Shown here piece after piece: positions 36,350-49,180 of a stretch of 64,000 nucleotides of DNA (the first letter of the stretch is position 1; each line of letters begins with the position of its first letter). The notes beneath the pieces were generated by a model. That model worked only from the letters and a program-made list of their open reading frames with translations, searched no databases and was not told the DNA's origin. A program made the position numbers and the translations under genes. This stretch comes from Nageia nagi (taxonomy: Eukaryota > Plantae > Pinophyta), in contig JBITNC010000002.1 of NCBI GenBank assembly GCA_050084985.1, positions 31,558,001 through 31,622,000 of the forward strand, given 5' to 3'.

Positions 36350-37910
36350 CTTCATTATCTCCAAAAGGATCAATGAATCAAACTTTGAGGTATTTATCTA
36401 TCTCCTTCTTGACTAAAGAATGATATGAGGATGCATTAGCCTTCTCCTTTGTTGAATTGGTTTGGCATCTTTGTGGACTACCAAATTATGGATCACAAAC
36501 TCATGATCAATCCTTGACATATCATAATAATTCCAAGAAAAGACTTTTCAAAATCTCAATATAAACGTATGATAATCCTTTCTTTATGAGTCTTTGAACC
36601 ATTCCCCAATGTTAACAACCTTAAGATCTTATTGTGCCCCCAAGTTGATGTCAATGATATCCTTATTTAATTAAGTCACTTCATCATTTAATTGAGGAGG
36701 AACTAGAAATACCCACATTCTTATCATAAGATTGGATCAATTGTATCATATTTGTTGCAAACGCCTCCCCCCTCTCTTAACTATCTAGTCCTACTCCTAC
36801 TTGTACTTTTAAAATAAGAAATTAGATTAATGTAGCAAGGGAGAACCTGTTATGTCTTCAACCTCCAACCTAAATTATGCATGAGGTTAGAAATATTTGG
36901 TGGTCCTTTTTTGACATGTCTTCTTTGAAACTCAATCCTTTTCCCCATTGTATCTAAAATTGCATCCTCTATTTGTAAGACATCCACATACATAGGATTT
37001 GATGGAGGAAGCATCAAGAAAGGATATATTTATTTTATTTGCTTAGCATGAACGTTACCTATAGTAGTAGGAACACTCTTCCTTTGCCTTATGGAACCTT
37101 TTGATATTTCTATGATTTCCACCATATTCATTGATTCCTTACTTGAGTTTGAATCATTACCTTTTGATCCTAATTCTTATTCTAATTATGAGCCTAATTT
37201 GGAGCTTGATTCGAAGCCTAATTCTAATTCAAAAGAACTATTCATTCCTAATCCATTTTTATCCAATTTGGGAGTTTTTTTGAGGTCTAAAGGAAATTTT
37301 TCCATTCCTTGCTCATTCTTGCTTAATACTTTCCCTTTGAATTTACAATATTCAACAATGTATTTTGAAAGGAAAGCATTATTTATGTTGAGACTCTTCA
37401 TTTTCTTGTTTACCTTGCATACATTTTCTATCGAGACTCTTGTTCTTCATCATTGGATCCTTCTTTTGCCTTTTCTTTATTTGTTGAAGTATCTTCATTG
37501 TATAAGACCTCTTATTTGTTGCATTTAGTGCATACAAAATAATGTTGATGCTCTTCTTATCATGGAAGCTCCTTATGACATTGACATTGGTGATCTTGAT
37601 GCTTCTTTGGTCTTCCAAAGTCTTTCATGTTTGCCAATAGATCTACATATTTGAAATGGAATGTTCCCATTCCTTTTCCTCATTTTTTAGTTCTTTCTTC
37701 TTCTTACCTTTGATGTCTTCCACTTCATTGAATGACATAGAGGTGGCTTCTATCCTTCCAATCCTACTTTTTGGATCATCTTCAACCTTGATTATATGCA
37801 TCTTTCCATAAAATTTGTGAGTCCCCCTATCTTTTTGCTCCATCCAAACTTCAACATCATTGTAATATTCGTCTAGGAAATTTGGCTCCATATTTGCAAG
37901 TTGCAAAGGG
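36350..37910 (-). pseudogene. Decayed Tat/Ogre-type Gypsy pol fragment (G-patch-like region and RT N-terminus)
   Basis: Minus strand: KFKGKVLSKNEQG...KNGLG (G-patch-like), then IDINLG..., KVFSWNYYDMSRIDHEFVIHNLVVHKDAKPIQQRRRLMHP and KKEIDKYLKV*FI. Confidence 0.65.
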
Positions 37911-39076
37911 TGTGCGTTGGGTTTTGGTAGAGGAACATGAACAATGAAAAGTTTTTATCTAATGTGGTTCTATTCATGTGATGCTTTGCATAGAGATAAG
38001 TTTATATTATATATCAACTTCATCACACACATGTTAGATGCAAGATATCTATTTCTACTAATAATTATTTATGTACAATTATAAGTAGTTTAGGTATACA
38101 ATCTTAATAGAAGATTTAAGATATATTAATAAAAATTGTACACTTTTATTCTTTTTCTATTTTAAGATTGAGCATATGATTTATTATAGCTTTATTCTTG
38201 AATGGTATATATACATATATTAAACTTGTCTTTTGTATATTTTTTACATATTCTTATGCAATGACTACTTGACATATTTATCACTCGTACAATCATCATT
38301 TTCTTCTTATGATGAAAGAATATTAAACCATGAATCCTTTAAATTTCTATTCTTATATTTTAAGATTACCATAATAATTAAAAGATAAATTTATATTTAT
38401 TTATAAAGGTAAAGGTAAATTATATTAACATCCATTAGAGATCAACTGATCTATGAGACAAACATAAATTGCAACAAAATCAACACATAACCAACTCAAT
38501 GAACAACTGAAATATTTAATTTAATTTATAGATAAAACATTAAATTTCAAATTCCATTAATTTAATTTCATAAAAAAAACACATACTTTACAATATTGAA
38601 CTATTTCATCATACACATATTAAATTATCAAGAATCACAATCACTATCGCTAGATCATTATCTATCTTTATAACACATTTACATCTACGTGATTATATAT
38701 GATCTAATTAAAAACCTCTTTATTGCATGGAATAAATATAGAAACAATATCACAATATCTCCACAACGTTAATATAATTTAACTTTACGTTTACCTTAGG
38801 AGAGACGGTTTACTGCATAACGAACTACTGATATTTACTATCATTTACTGCTATATCCAAGTGAAAATAATATCGACCTCGGTAACTTCAGTTCACCGTT
38901 ACCGAAAAAACGGAAATCCACAGCATGAATCGTAAGAACATTTGCTCTCCTCCTCTCCTATTGGAAAGTTTCCACGATCAGCCTGAATCAACTGAACCGC
39001 CGGCGGCCGCCACTTCGTGAAGAAACAACATTCACTGCATTTAAACTCTGCTTCTGACAACAATATTTCGTCCCTG

Positions 39077-42000
39077 ATGGCATTAAATACCTCAAATCAT
39101 CGACAGCGGCATCGGCAGCGATCTACATTCCAACAAGGTGATTCGTTTTTAGTGGACAAGAAAAGAACATAGGTTGGTTTCTTCGACAACTAGTGGATAT
39201 ACAAGTTTGGTTTCTGTTCATCGATTAGTAGACCTCGGTCCTCTGTATATGCATGTAGGTGATGCTTTTTGAATATATCCACAACTTCTGCGCGAAGGAA
39301 ACGTGAAATCGGTTGAGTATATCCTTGCTTTTACCATCATTCATTGCTGGTTTTTGCGGGTCTGTGGAAGTCTATCTATGGTGGGTGCCTAGTATTGGCT
39401 GGTGGGCATATTGAAAGCATTAGTGAAGATAGTGGGTATGAATTAGTTTTACTTCTGGTCTTCTTCTTTTGTTGTTTTAGAAGTCATAGTATCTACTTTG
39501 TGTGTGTAATCATGCTTTTGGTTTTTTTATGTTTAAATGCATGGTTTGCTGTGTGAATTAGTTTTACTTCTGGTATTCTAATTTTCTTTTGTATTCATAG
39601 TATGTACTTTGTGCGTATAGTCATGCATTTGGTGTTTTTGTGTTTAAATGTATGGCTTGCTGTGTGAATTAGTTTTACTTCTGGTCTTTTAATTTTGATG
39701 TTTTAGTAGTCACAGTGGTACTCTGTGTGTATAGTCATACTTATGGTGTTTTTTGTGTTTGTGGGCGTGTGCAAATCGTTCGCGAATAGCTGGAATGAGC
39801 TAATTGGTGTAAGAAGAGCATCGGATTTACTTGTGATCTGATAATTTTGATTTCATTGTGGTGGTAGTCTTTGTCATGGATGATATCAACACTGTGGTTA
39901 TAACACCTAGACTGCAAGTTGGGAGAGGCAAGAGGATGAGAGTGACGGTGGGTGAGGATGATATAATGTGGCCTCCCACAGTTATAATTGAGAATACAAG
40001 GGTGGCCAAGGCTGATGATGGGAGATGGACAGGGATTGGCAATAAAGAGATGGCCCAAATCCTTGAAGGTCAGTACATGGTGATCTACATTTTTTCTAGT
40101 AGATACTTAAATTAAAAAGGTCAGTTATATAAGTCAGCCTCTCACTTCTGGATTCTATTCGTAGCTCTATGATTGACAATAAGTCCCATGCCTGACTGAA
40201 TTGTTGTTCCATCCTTAGAATTGGACTTCTGCAGGGCTTATAGGCACTGATGTGATATTTGAATCCATTTGGAAGGCATATCATTTGTTGCTTCATGCTT
40301 AGAATTCGACCTTTGAAGGGCTATTTACTAGTGTGATATTTGAGTTAATTTGGATGGCATATCACCATGTTGCTTTGTTCTTAGATTTGTAGTTTTTGTA
40401 GGGCTTACGTACACTAGTTATATTATTGAATCCATTTGGAATGTATGTCGTATGTTATTTCATTCTTAGAATTGAACTTTGAAAGGTTTCTTTACTACTA
40501 CGATATTCAAATTCATTTGGAAGGTGTGTTGTATGATGTTTCATTCATAGAATTGGACTTTTGAAGGGCTTATTTGTACTAATACCATATTTGAATCCAT
40601 TTGGAATGTTGTTTTTTGAGAAATTATTTTACTGCTTAGTGTTGTAAGAGAAGAAATATTGAAACGATTTTGAGTTTATTTCTTCTTCTTGTTAAAAAAA
40701 AAAAACTATCGTACCATTATTTTTGCTAAATGCTCCAGCTGGTATATTATACTGTTAGCTAATTATTGGATGCATGGTTCCATTAAGTGTAGGTTAACTC
40801 AATATTTGTGTGGTCGCATTCTGAAAGTATTTCCCATATAGATAACTGCCTAGACCTAACATTAAGTGTTATGTCGCTTACTTGTTTTCTTCCTTAATGC
40901 AAACTGGCCCATCTAGAAGCTATCTATCCTCCTATTACACTTTGTTTCCCGTTGTACAAGCATATTTCTAGCCACTTTGACATACTGCCTTCATTGAAAT
41001 GAAGTCGCCTTAGAGTGCCTTTTTGTGGATAATAGACAGAGAAATTCAACTTGTATGTAGATTGTTTAACATACTGCCATTAGCTTCCGGGTAAGTATGT
41101 CATTCACAATAGTAGCAATTAATCGAATGGCCTTTGACACTGCTTTGAAAATATACCTCTGGCTAAGTAGAATTTTGGGATTATATTTGCGTAAAATGAT
41201 CTTAGTTCTTTGATCTACACATATTCCAAGAATTCATCATTATGCCTGTGTGTAAGAGAGATTCGGATCAAAGGTTTCTTTGGTTACAGCCAATATTTTC
41301 AATTGGGGGCTATTGTATAAAGCTGAAGATTATCCTTCAGCCAAATTCATTACATACTCTGGGTGTTTATCATCAATCATTGGGTTGTGTACAGAACCTG
41401 CTGGAAACTGGTGGAACAGGCTCGGATTGGTAATGGGTGCTTGAATTTGGCTGATTTTGGTCCTGATGTGCTCAGCTTCATCGATTTTGGCTGATTTGAA
41501 GCATAAACTACCAATATTTACAGGATAAACACCCAAAGCATGTGGCTGAATCTGGCTGAAGGATAGCCGCATCTTTGTATAAATGTGACCCAAAAGTGTG
41601 TACATGATTGATTATCGACCTTCTCAAGCTGATATTTATAAACTGGTGAGATTTTCTTTGAGAATAATTTGAGCATTTACCTTGTTCTTTTTTAGTGTTC
41701 AATGTCAATTATCCAAGCAAGACTTGACATCTAGCCTTGAGTTTGATCTCAATTTCATTCTAGTCCTTTTGTTTCGTATCAATTGTTAAAAGAGCACTTC
41801 TCTTTTCTGTTTTTAGTCGCCTTTTTGAGGATGTTTTTAGGGATTCTCTGCTGCATGGTTGATTTCTTCTGCCAATTGCCTATGTAGACTTTATTATACC
41901 AGGTGATAAATTATAAAGTCCACATCCAGGGTTTTGTCTTCTAGGTTTCAGTCCTCGACCTTTTGGATTTTATTTGGTAGGAAAAGTCTCTTTGTTATTG

Positions 42001-44927
42001 AGGAATCAACTCATATCTCAAAACCTTTTATGTCTACTCATTTTATGTTTGGATTTACAACTTCCCATTCTCTTTTATCGTAGCAGTTTTACTCCAAAAC
42101 ATTTTCTTGCTGCTTACTTGATTTAATATCATTATCCCCCAATTTGCATAGGGTCCTACTAATCACGCAACTTCTTTGGTCTCTGTACAATATTATTCTG
42201 TGCAATCTTATAACACTGAATCTGTTTTGGCTGCATTTGCACTTTCAATCTTACTCTTTTGCAAGGGATGGTGCTCATGGGCATGGTAGTTCAGTCCTTC
42301 TAGTCAATTTTATCTCTTTTCTCTTCCTTTGACCTCTTTTTTGAAGGAAGAACAATGTTTTACTTATTACACTCATTTAGCAAATGATGTGTCTCTAATC
42401 TCTTGGCTGATTCAGATGTATGAGTTTAACACGGATGCTATTAGACATTGCTGAAATGCACCAAACAACCTAATTGAATAATATAAAATCTATAAAATTT
42501 AAAACATAATTTATTAGATGCTGATCTCTATACGGTTCTGATGGAAGCTATCCTTGTGGTGCATGTGGTTGCATTATCCATAACCTAACTTCAATTATTG
42601 GAAGGAAGGCCTTTCACGAGTTAAAGGGTGAAGAAAGAGACATTCTCTACAAGAGAAGTTATCATTGAATTGATTTTTGGGCAAATTACTAAAATAATCT
42701 TAACAAAACCATTAATTACAAATATAACCCTTTTAATTTCATATTTACAAAAATGACCTTGACCTGATCACGAATATTTTCTAGCCAACTTTTCTGCCAT
42801 GCATCTTTCCTGCCACTGCACCATCAAACTTATGAATTGATATATGTGCAATGCTTGGGAATCAGCAGTAGCTACACTATAATAAAAAATAATAGTAATA
42901 ATCACATTAAACTAGCAGTATTACAAACTCACGCAAAATTAAAAGTATTGAAGGAGACGCAAGAGGACGATGAAGAAGAATTCACTGAAAATACAGAGAA
43001 ATTTAAAGAGGTCGGATTTGGATTTGGGTTTAAATTAGTGAATTGAAGGCACCTCTGCCTCCACAGACTGTGGCACCCTCAAGCGCCTGCACTTGTCTCT
43101 TTAGGAACTTGACATAGTGAATGGCCTTGTCACGCATGGAGGCTGTATCCATTTAGTCTCTGCAGAACTCTGATCCTCTCACCAGTTCTATCTCGTCTGT
43201 GTCGTGCTGTCATGCTCTACGGATCCTTTGATATTCGTACTATCTACTTACAAGTAAAAGACTACAAGATTTGTACTTCACTAGTTTTTGCAACGAAAGC
43301 TTGGTGAGGCTTCAATACATTTAAGGAGTTTAAGATTTGAATCCCGTCACTCCCTTTTCTCCTTTCTTTTTTAATTTTTCTTAGAGAAACTCAAATTTGT
43401 ACAAAGGATTTCCCTTAATATACAAGGAGAAGCACAATTTGTAAGGTTATGCAATTGTTAAAAGCAAGATTCGAAATCCTAGAGTGATTTTTTTGTCGAT
43501 CCTTTACTAATTATGCCTCTAGTTGCACAGTAAGGAACAAATAATCCTAACTAAGTCACAATATTCCACAAACTTGAAGGAAAAAATTCAAAATTTGTAA
43601 AATATGAAAACCAGTCGAATTAATTCGTTCTAATTCAGAGTAAATAATTATCAGACCTAGAAATGGAGGAAAATATATTACTTAAAAAGATTCATAAAAC
43701 TATGTACGAATCTTCCTATATAGTAATTAATGGATTTTGTCAAGATTGTGGTTCATTACAGTTTGTTGATTCTAATTTGTTTTGCCAATTTTATGAACTC
43801 CTTAAATATTCCTCTTAAGGACTTCAGGATTTTATTTTGTTTTTAAAACTCTTCGTAACAAATAACATTCTTAATAAGCTTAAGAATCATTTGCCCTTAT
43901 TTCAGATTCCGTTTCAATGTTAATGAGTTGTCTTTTGCTAATTTGATCATATTGCCTAAATTACGAAAAACAAAACATGTAGCCTGAACAATTCAATTGG
44001 AAGTTGCATGAACAATTCAATTGCGTTGAAAACTCATGTTTCTCTGTTGAAACTTATATCTTCTTGCATGCCTGGTTGTATTGCACGGATGCAAACACCA
44101 AAGTACTTGAAATATGTATCTTTCATCAAACAACATACAACTCAAATGTTGTTTAGCTTTCAATTAGGGTTACAGTACTGATGATTATTTATACTTGACG
44201 CCCAAATACTCCTTCCTAAGCTTGTATACCAGTATGCCTCCTGGGTGAGTTATGTAGTGAATATTACATGCCAAATGAAAAATCTGCTGGTTTAACCAGG
44301 TAACTCATAGGACAGAGCAAAACTTGATTTTTTGTTTTATTTTCCTGATTTTTCAACTGTCTAGTTTTTACCAAGTATAAGGAGAGGGAAATCAAGTATT
44401 CACATTTTGCTTAATTTTATTAACATATATAGCATTTGCTAAACTTCTTGGTATTAGGATTCAGTTAATGCGTGGAGTCATTTTATGAACACAGCTTGAC
44501 TTGCATCCATTGATCTGATGCAGAAATTGGTCATACACATGGGAAACCAAAATCTGCATGGGGCAGGGAGGGTCATAGAGGTCAAGTAATGGTTCAATAT
44601 CAACCTACACTTGAGGGCTTGAAAGAAGCAGAGCGGCTACACGAGCACTTCAAGTTGAATGCACGTGGTCGAGAAGAATGGAGCAGGGTATACCCTTTCT
44701 GGCATGGTTTACCTGGACACGAAGGGCTTGAAGAGGGTCCTGATTTCGTCAGAGTTGATAACGAAACTAAACAGAAAATGAGAGTTTTGTACGGTTATCT
44801 AGCCACTGCGATTGACGAGGATAAGGTGCCAAAGAAAAAGAATCAGAAGTTGTGCGTGACTATTAACAAGAGAGATGTAGAAGCCATGGCAACTCCTCAA
44901 GTTGAGCAAGCGCCAGTAGCTGTTTGA
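39077..44927 (+). CDS. XS-domain (SGS3/IDN2-type RNA-binding) protein, 221 aa. Exons 39077-39137, 39868-40068, 44524-44927
   Basis: Two GT-AG phase-1 introns join 61+201+404=666 nt into one frame with no internal stop. XS motifs: [70 protein letters not shown]. Exon 1 is inferred from phase compatibility. ATG 39876 is an alternative start. Confidence 0.88.
39438..39760. repeat. ~110-bp tandem repeat x3 in intron 1
   Basis: TGAATTAGTTTTACTTCTGGT starts near 39439, 39554 and 39665. Confidence 0.9.
40200..40610. repeat. ~83-bp degenerate tandem repeat x5 in intron 2
   Basis: Repeated ATATTTGAATCCATTTGGAA...CTTAGAATTGGACTTTTGAAGGGCTT near 40255, 40336, 40421, 40504 and 40588. Confidence 0.85.
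41313..41582 (+). ncRNA. Candidate intronic pre-miRNA / hairpin RNA
   Basis: 41331-41371 pairs with 41524-41565 (41 positions, 3 mismatches, 2 G:U, 1 bulge). The lower stem 41313-41325 / 41570-41582 extends with G:U pairs on the plus strand. Confidence 0.5.
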
Positions 44928-45629
44928 TGTTGAATAAAGTCGTAAAGAATGGAAAATTGAAGACATTAATTACCAAGATACTGACCGTGAATTTTTTGTT
45001 TGGGATATCTTCAGAGTCTACTCTATTATGGGATTTTGAGTTTTCTTGTGTAAGATTATGGGAATGCTTTGGTGGATCAAAGAAGTTGAACAACATACAT
45101 TATAATAAGGTAAAATATGATTAAAACATGTATGTAAGTTGCACCTAAGTGGGGTCGTGTTAAGGGGACAATTTTTAGATGTCAACAAATGCCTTCTTTT
45201 CTAAGTATAATGAAATTGAATTTTGAAATGATATTATGTTTGCAAAGGAAGTAAAGGTAAAGAAAAGAAAAATTTGACATTTCTTTGGTTTAATTGTTCA
45301 AATCATCAAGATTTTGATGATGTATATTGCTTCCTCTTTTCCATGGTTGTGAGATGTAATGGCTTGCATTGAATAAAATCAACCAAAAGCAAAGAATGAA
45401 CTTGAAAATGAGAGGCAAATACTTCTAAGCACATAAATGATTGTTAACTCATAAAAGATATAGGAGTGAATAATAATAGAGAACATCATAGCATTTCATT
45501 AAATGATATAATAATAATACAATGATGATGAAATTAATAAATATGCATATATCGTGTTGAAAACACTAAATACAGAAATACTCAATATTTCATTTTTAGA
45601 TGCATACATAAGAGAATCATGATAATAGT

Positions 45630-45940
45630 GTGTCCACATCATCATGGGGTGCATGCTCCATTCTTAGATGGAACACATACAATCAGAACCGCATATGTTA
45701 ACATCATCATAAGGTACATGTTGTATTCCTAGATGCAACATATAAATCACAGAGCAATATGGTGATAGTTAGTTAAGATTCAATTGACAAAGGTGACTCA
45801 AAGACATGGTTGGTTTGAATATTTTCCAGCCATGTTATATGATGTCATTCATCATCATGAGGTATATACCCCATTCTTAGATATTGATATGAAGATGTAG
45901 TCATCTTCATGAGGTATATGCCTCATTCTTAGATGTGATT
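45630..45940. repeat. Repeated CATCATCATGAGGT.CATG...ATTCTTAGAT unit x4 in the element's 3' region
   Basis: Copies near 45637, 45702, 45850 and 45902. Confidence 0.75.
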
Positions 45941-47307
45941 ATGAGTGATGGTTAGTTTAAACCCAACTAACAAAAGTGATTTAATAATGATTGGTTTGAA
46001 TATTTTTAAATCATATAAATGATTAAAATAAAGTAGACATATTGTTAGGAATACAGCTTGTGACTTATCTATTATGCTATGATTTATTTTGATTAATGCC
46101 TTTGTAGCTTAGCATCCGCGTTAGCTTCAACGAGCGTGTTGGTGATTTTGCAACATATGATTTTGTTATGGAAGCTGCATCCTGTAGCATGATATATAAT
46201 TTTGAAAAAAGATATTTTTATACCTAATATCATTTGATAGAGTGCTTGATTTTGCAATGAACAATTTGGACCCAAGAACGAACATGCGAGAAATGCATCA
46301 TTCTTTGATTGGATGTCTGTGATTGTAAAAAATTGATTCTTCAAAATATTTAGTCCTAGATTAATTTTTAGATCACATGTAACTGGAGGGTTTGTGATTT
46401 ATGGACTGAAGATGTGAATGCTCAAGAATGATAGCACGAGTGCTGGTAGCCAGGGTGGGTGTTGAGGTGAGTGCGAACATGAGGACCCGTTATGATTTTT
46501 GGTGCAGGATATTTTGGCACTTGGCTCGAATGATTTAAGAGATAGGCAAATCATATTTTGAGGATATGATAGGCAACATATGGTCGTTAATTAACACTTG
46601 CTTCATGGAATATGTCCTATTTTGATGTTAAATAGGCAAGATAGTGTCTTATTTATCATTTTCACTATTTGGAATATAATCCCAAGAGAGTTGAGTGAGC
46701 TTACATAGGTGATTTGTAGCTTTGTGGGTGATCAACATTATGAGGTAAGTGATTGAGTTTGCCTAATTGTATCAATTTGGTCTAGTTTCATGTATTTTTC
46801 TAGAGTTTTAAATCAATTTATCATTCTAGGATGAAGATTACATAGCAAGAGAATCATAGGGCTTATCGCGTTTAACACAACAAAGTTTCAATGTATGTGT
46901 ATATGTTTTAGACTTTTGTCTTACTTTGGTTCATGAAATTTGCATGAAAAATGGGGAAGTTAGGCAAAATTATAGGGTATCCAGGCTAGGGTTTTTAAGG
47001 GTTAGGGCTTAGTCATTTTTGTGTTTAGAGAAACCCTTAGGATGTGAGACCATGATTTTAAGAAATTGTTGGGGTAAAGGGAGTTTTTCCCTAAATTTCA
47101 TGGGAATTAGACTCAGAAAGCCTAGCATGAATGCTAACATTAGTGCAAGTGCTCGGGCAATAGAGTAGATTTTGGCATGAGAAAGTGTTCAACCAACTGT
47201 GGCATTGCTTAGTGTGTGCTAAGAATATATAAATAAAATTTGTTTATATTTATTGTATTAAAAATTGCTTTAAAACTAATGCATACCTTATCTTTTTATG
47301 CTTGCAG

Positions 47308-49180
47308 TGTCACCAGTTTCTCATGGAGCCCAAGGCTATGTCTCAGAGTTGGAAGAAATGCTTGGTCATGAAGGACAAGCTCACAAAGAAGGAGATAGGT
47401 TTGCTCCAACATGTTGGTATGCGATGGTTTCTCCATGCCCCATACATTCAAGTAGACAAGGAGTTACTCACGAACCTTATGGAGAGGTGATTCGAAAGGA
47501 CCAACACTTTTCATCTTCCTATTAGGGAGATTACCATAGTTCTCGAGGATGTTCACAAGATTTTATGGGTGCCTGTGAAGGGAAGACCTATATTCTTTGA
47601 TAAGGGCATGACATATGAGCAATGCAAATAATTGACCAATTGGCTGATAGGGTTTCAAGAGTATCATGAGGGAAAAAAAGGTGCCTTCATTGTACTTTTA
47701 GGAGCAAGATGAAGAGATTCAAGTAGGTGTAGTTGGTTATGGCGACATGTATTGATAGCATTGTGTATCTAGATAAAAATCATGAGGTGTTCCCACTTGG
47801 GTTGATACGAGTGGTCTATGAGATGACACATGGTCATCATTATGCATGGGCATTTTATATTATTTCCCAAATCTACCATGACCTACATAACTTTATGGTG
47901 GTCCAAAAGATTGGTAAGAGGGTGGCATAATCATTTGTGCTATAGTGTTGGGATTATGAACATATTACTGTGGTAAGATCTAGGGAGCTTCTTGTACATG
48001 GCGTACATCCTGATCATCCATTATGGTATCAGTGGGCCAAGCATGGGAAGATTACATGGGTCCACAAGATCATAGAAGCCTATAGGAAAGTGATGGATGG
48101 CTTGATGGGTGGTAAGTAGCTTACCTTATATGGTTTAGTTTTATTATTTTATTAGTTTTAGAAAAGATGACTAATTCATGATTTCGGTTTGATAGGTAAT
48201 GTGATCAATAGACTCTATGTGACCACACCTTATTAGCCAAACAAACCAAGGGGTGAGCTAGATTGGCAACGTACATCATGTTACTTGCAAACACTAAAGA
48301 CCTTTGTGGAATCCTATAAGCTTGAGAGGATCATAAGATAGTTTGGTTGGGGAGTGAATCAGATATATGGCACATGACCCTAACCTTTATAAGATTCCTC
48401 CCAAATGGGTGGAGGAATGGATGCCTCCCTAAGACCATGGGTTGGGGAGTGAACAAGATAGCGAGGGGGATGAGGACTTTGATCGTACTCAATTCAAATA
48501 TACTTACTTGACATGGTGGGATGGAGTGAGGCCTAACACACTCGATTTGTATGGGTTGAAATGGTTAGCAAAAGTTGCTAAAGGAGAAAAACAAGAAGAA
48601 GAAGAAGAGGATGAGGAAGAAGATGATGGGGTAGAGGAGGAAGGGGATGTGCGAGTAGAGGAGCCATCTTAGCATGGTGAGTAGGGAGGGTGGGATGTTC
48701 CTACTAGAATCCCATTATAGAGACCCAACATCAGCTGGAGAATGAGCTTAGTGAGCATATTACTTTATGTACTTGCAAGTTAGTTTGCATACAATAATAA
48801 TAATATGACTAATATGCCTTGTTTTGGTTTTTTGTAGATCAAACTAAGTTGTACCTAAATTCAAAAAAGGCAACAAGAGTGCAAGTGGAGGAGACCCTAG
48901 TTAGCATGAAGGAGGAGGGCATAGCTGAAGGTGCACTTAAAGGCGTTGGAGCAAAGTGTAGAGACATTACAAAAAATGCACTAGGATTCCCAGGATCAAA
49001 AATTTCTAGGGATGATGCATCATGTTTTGGAGCAAAATAAGAAGATATAAGACCTCTTGGATGAGAAAGGGCACTTACAAGCAAAACTAGAGGCATTGGA
49101 GGAGCAATTTGGGTTGAAGAGGCCAAGTATTAGCAGGATAACCTCTAAGTATAAGAGTTTTAGGAGTCCTAGGAGTCACT
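47308..49180 (+). pseudogene. Plant mobile domain (PMD, MAIN/MAIL1-like) gene, spliced, decayed
   Basis: ELLTNLMER*FERTNTFHLPIREITIVLEDVHKILWVPVKGRPI, YAWAFYIISQIYHDL and CWDYEHI match PMD motifs. Acidic tail. Candidate GT-AG introns at 48112-48195 and 48751-48837. Confidence 0.82.

Noticed and set aside
39259-39318. Additional coding exon of the XS gene
   Set aside because: Splicing from exon 1 in phase 1 meets TGA after four codons. At most a non-productive alternative exon.
39077-49180. XS gene and PMD gene as a co-evolved functional gene cluster
   Set aside because: The PMD is decayed TE cargo inside an LTR element. Adjacency is most simply chance in a TE-dense genome.
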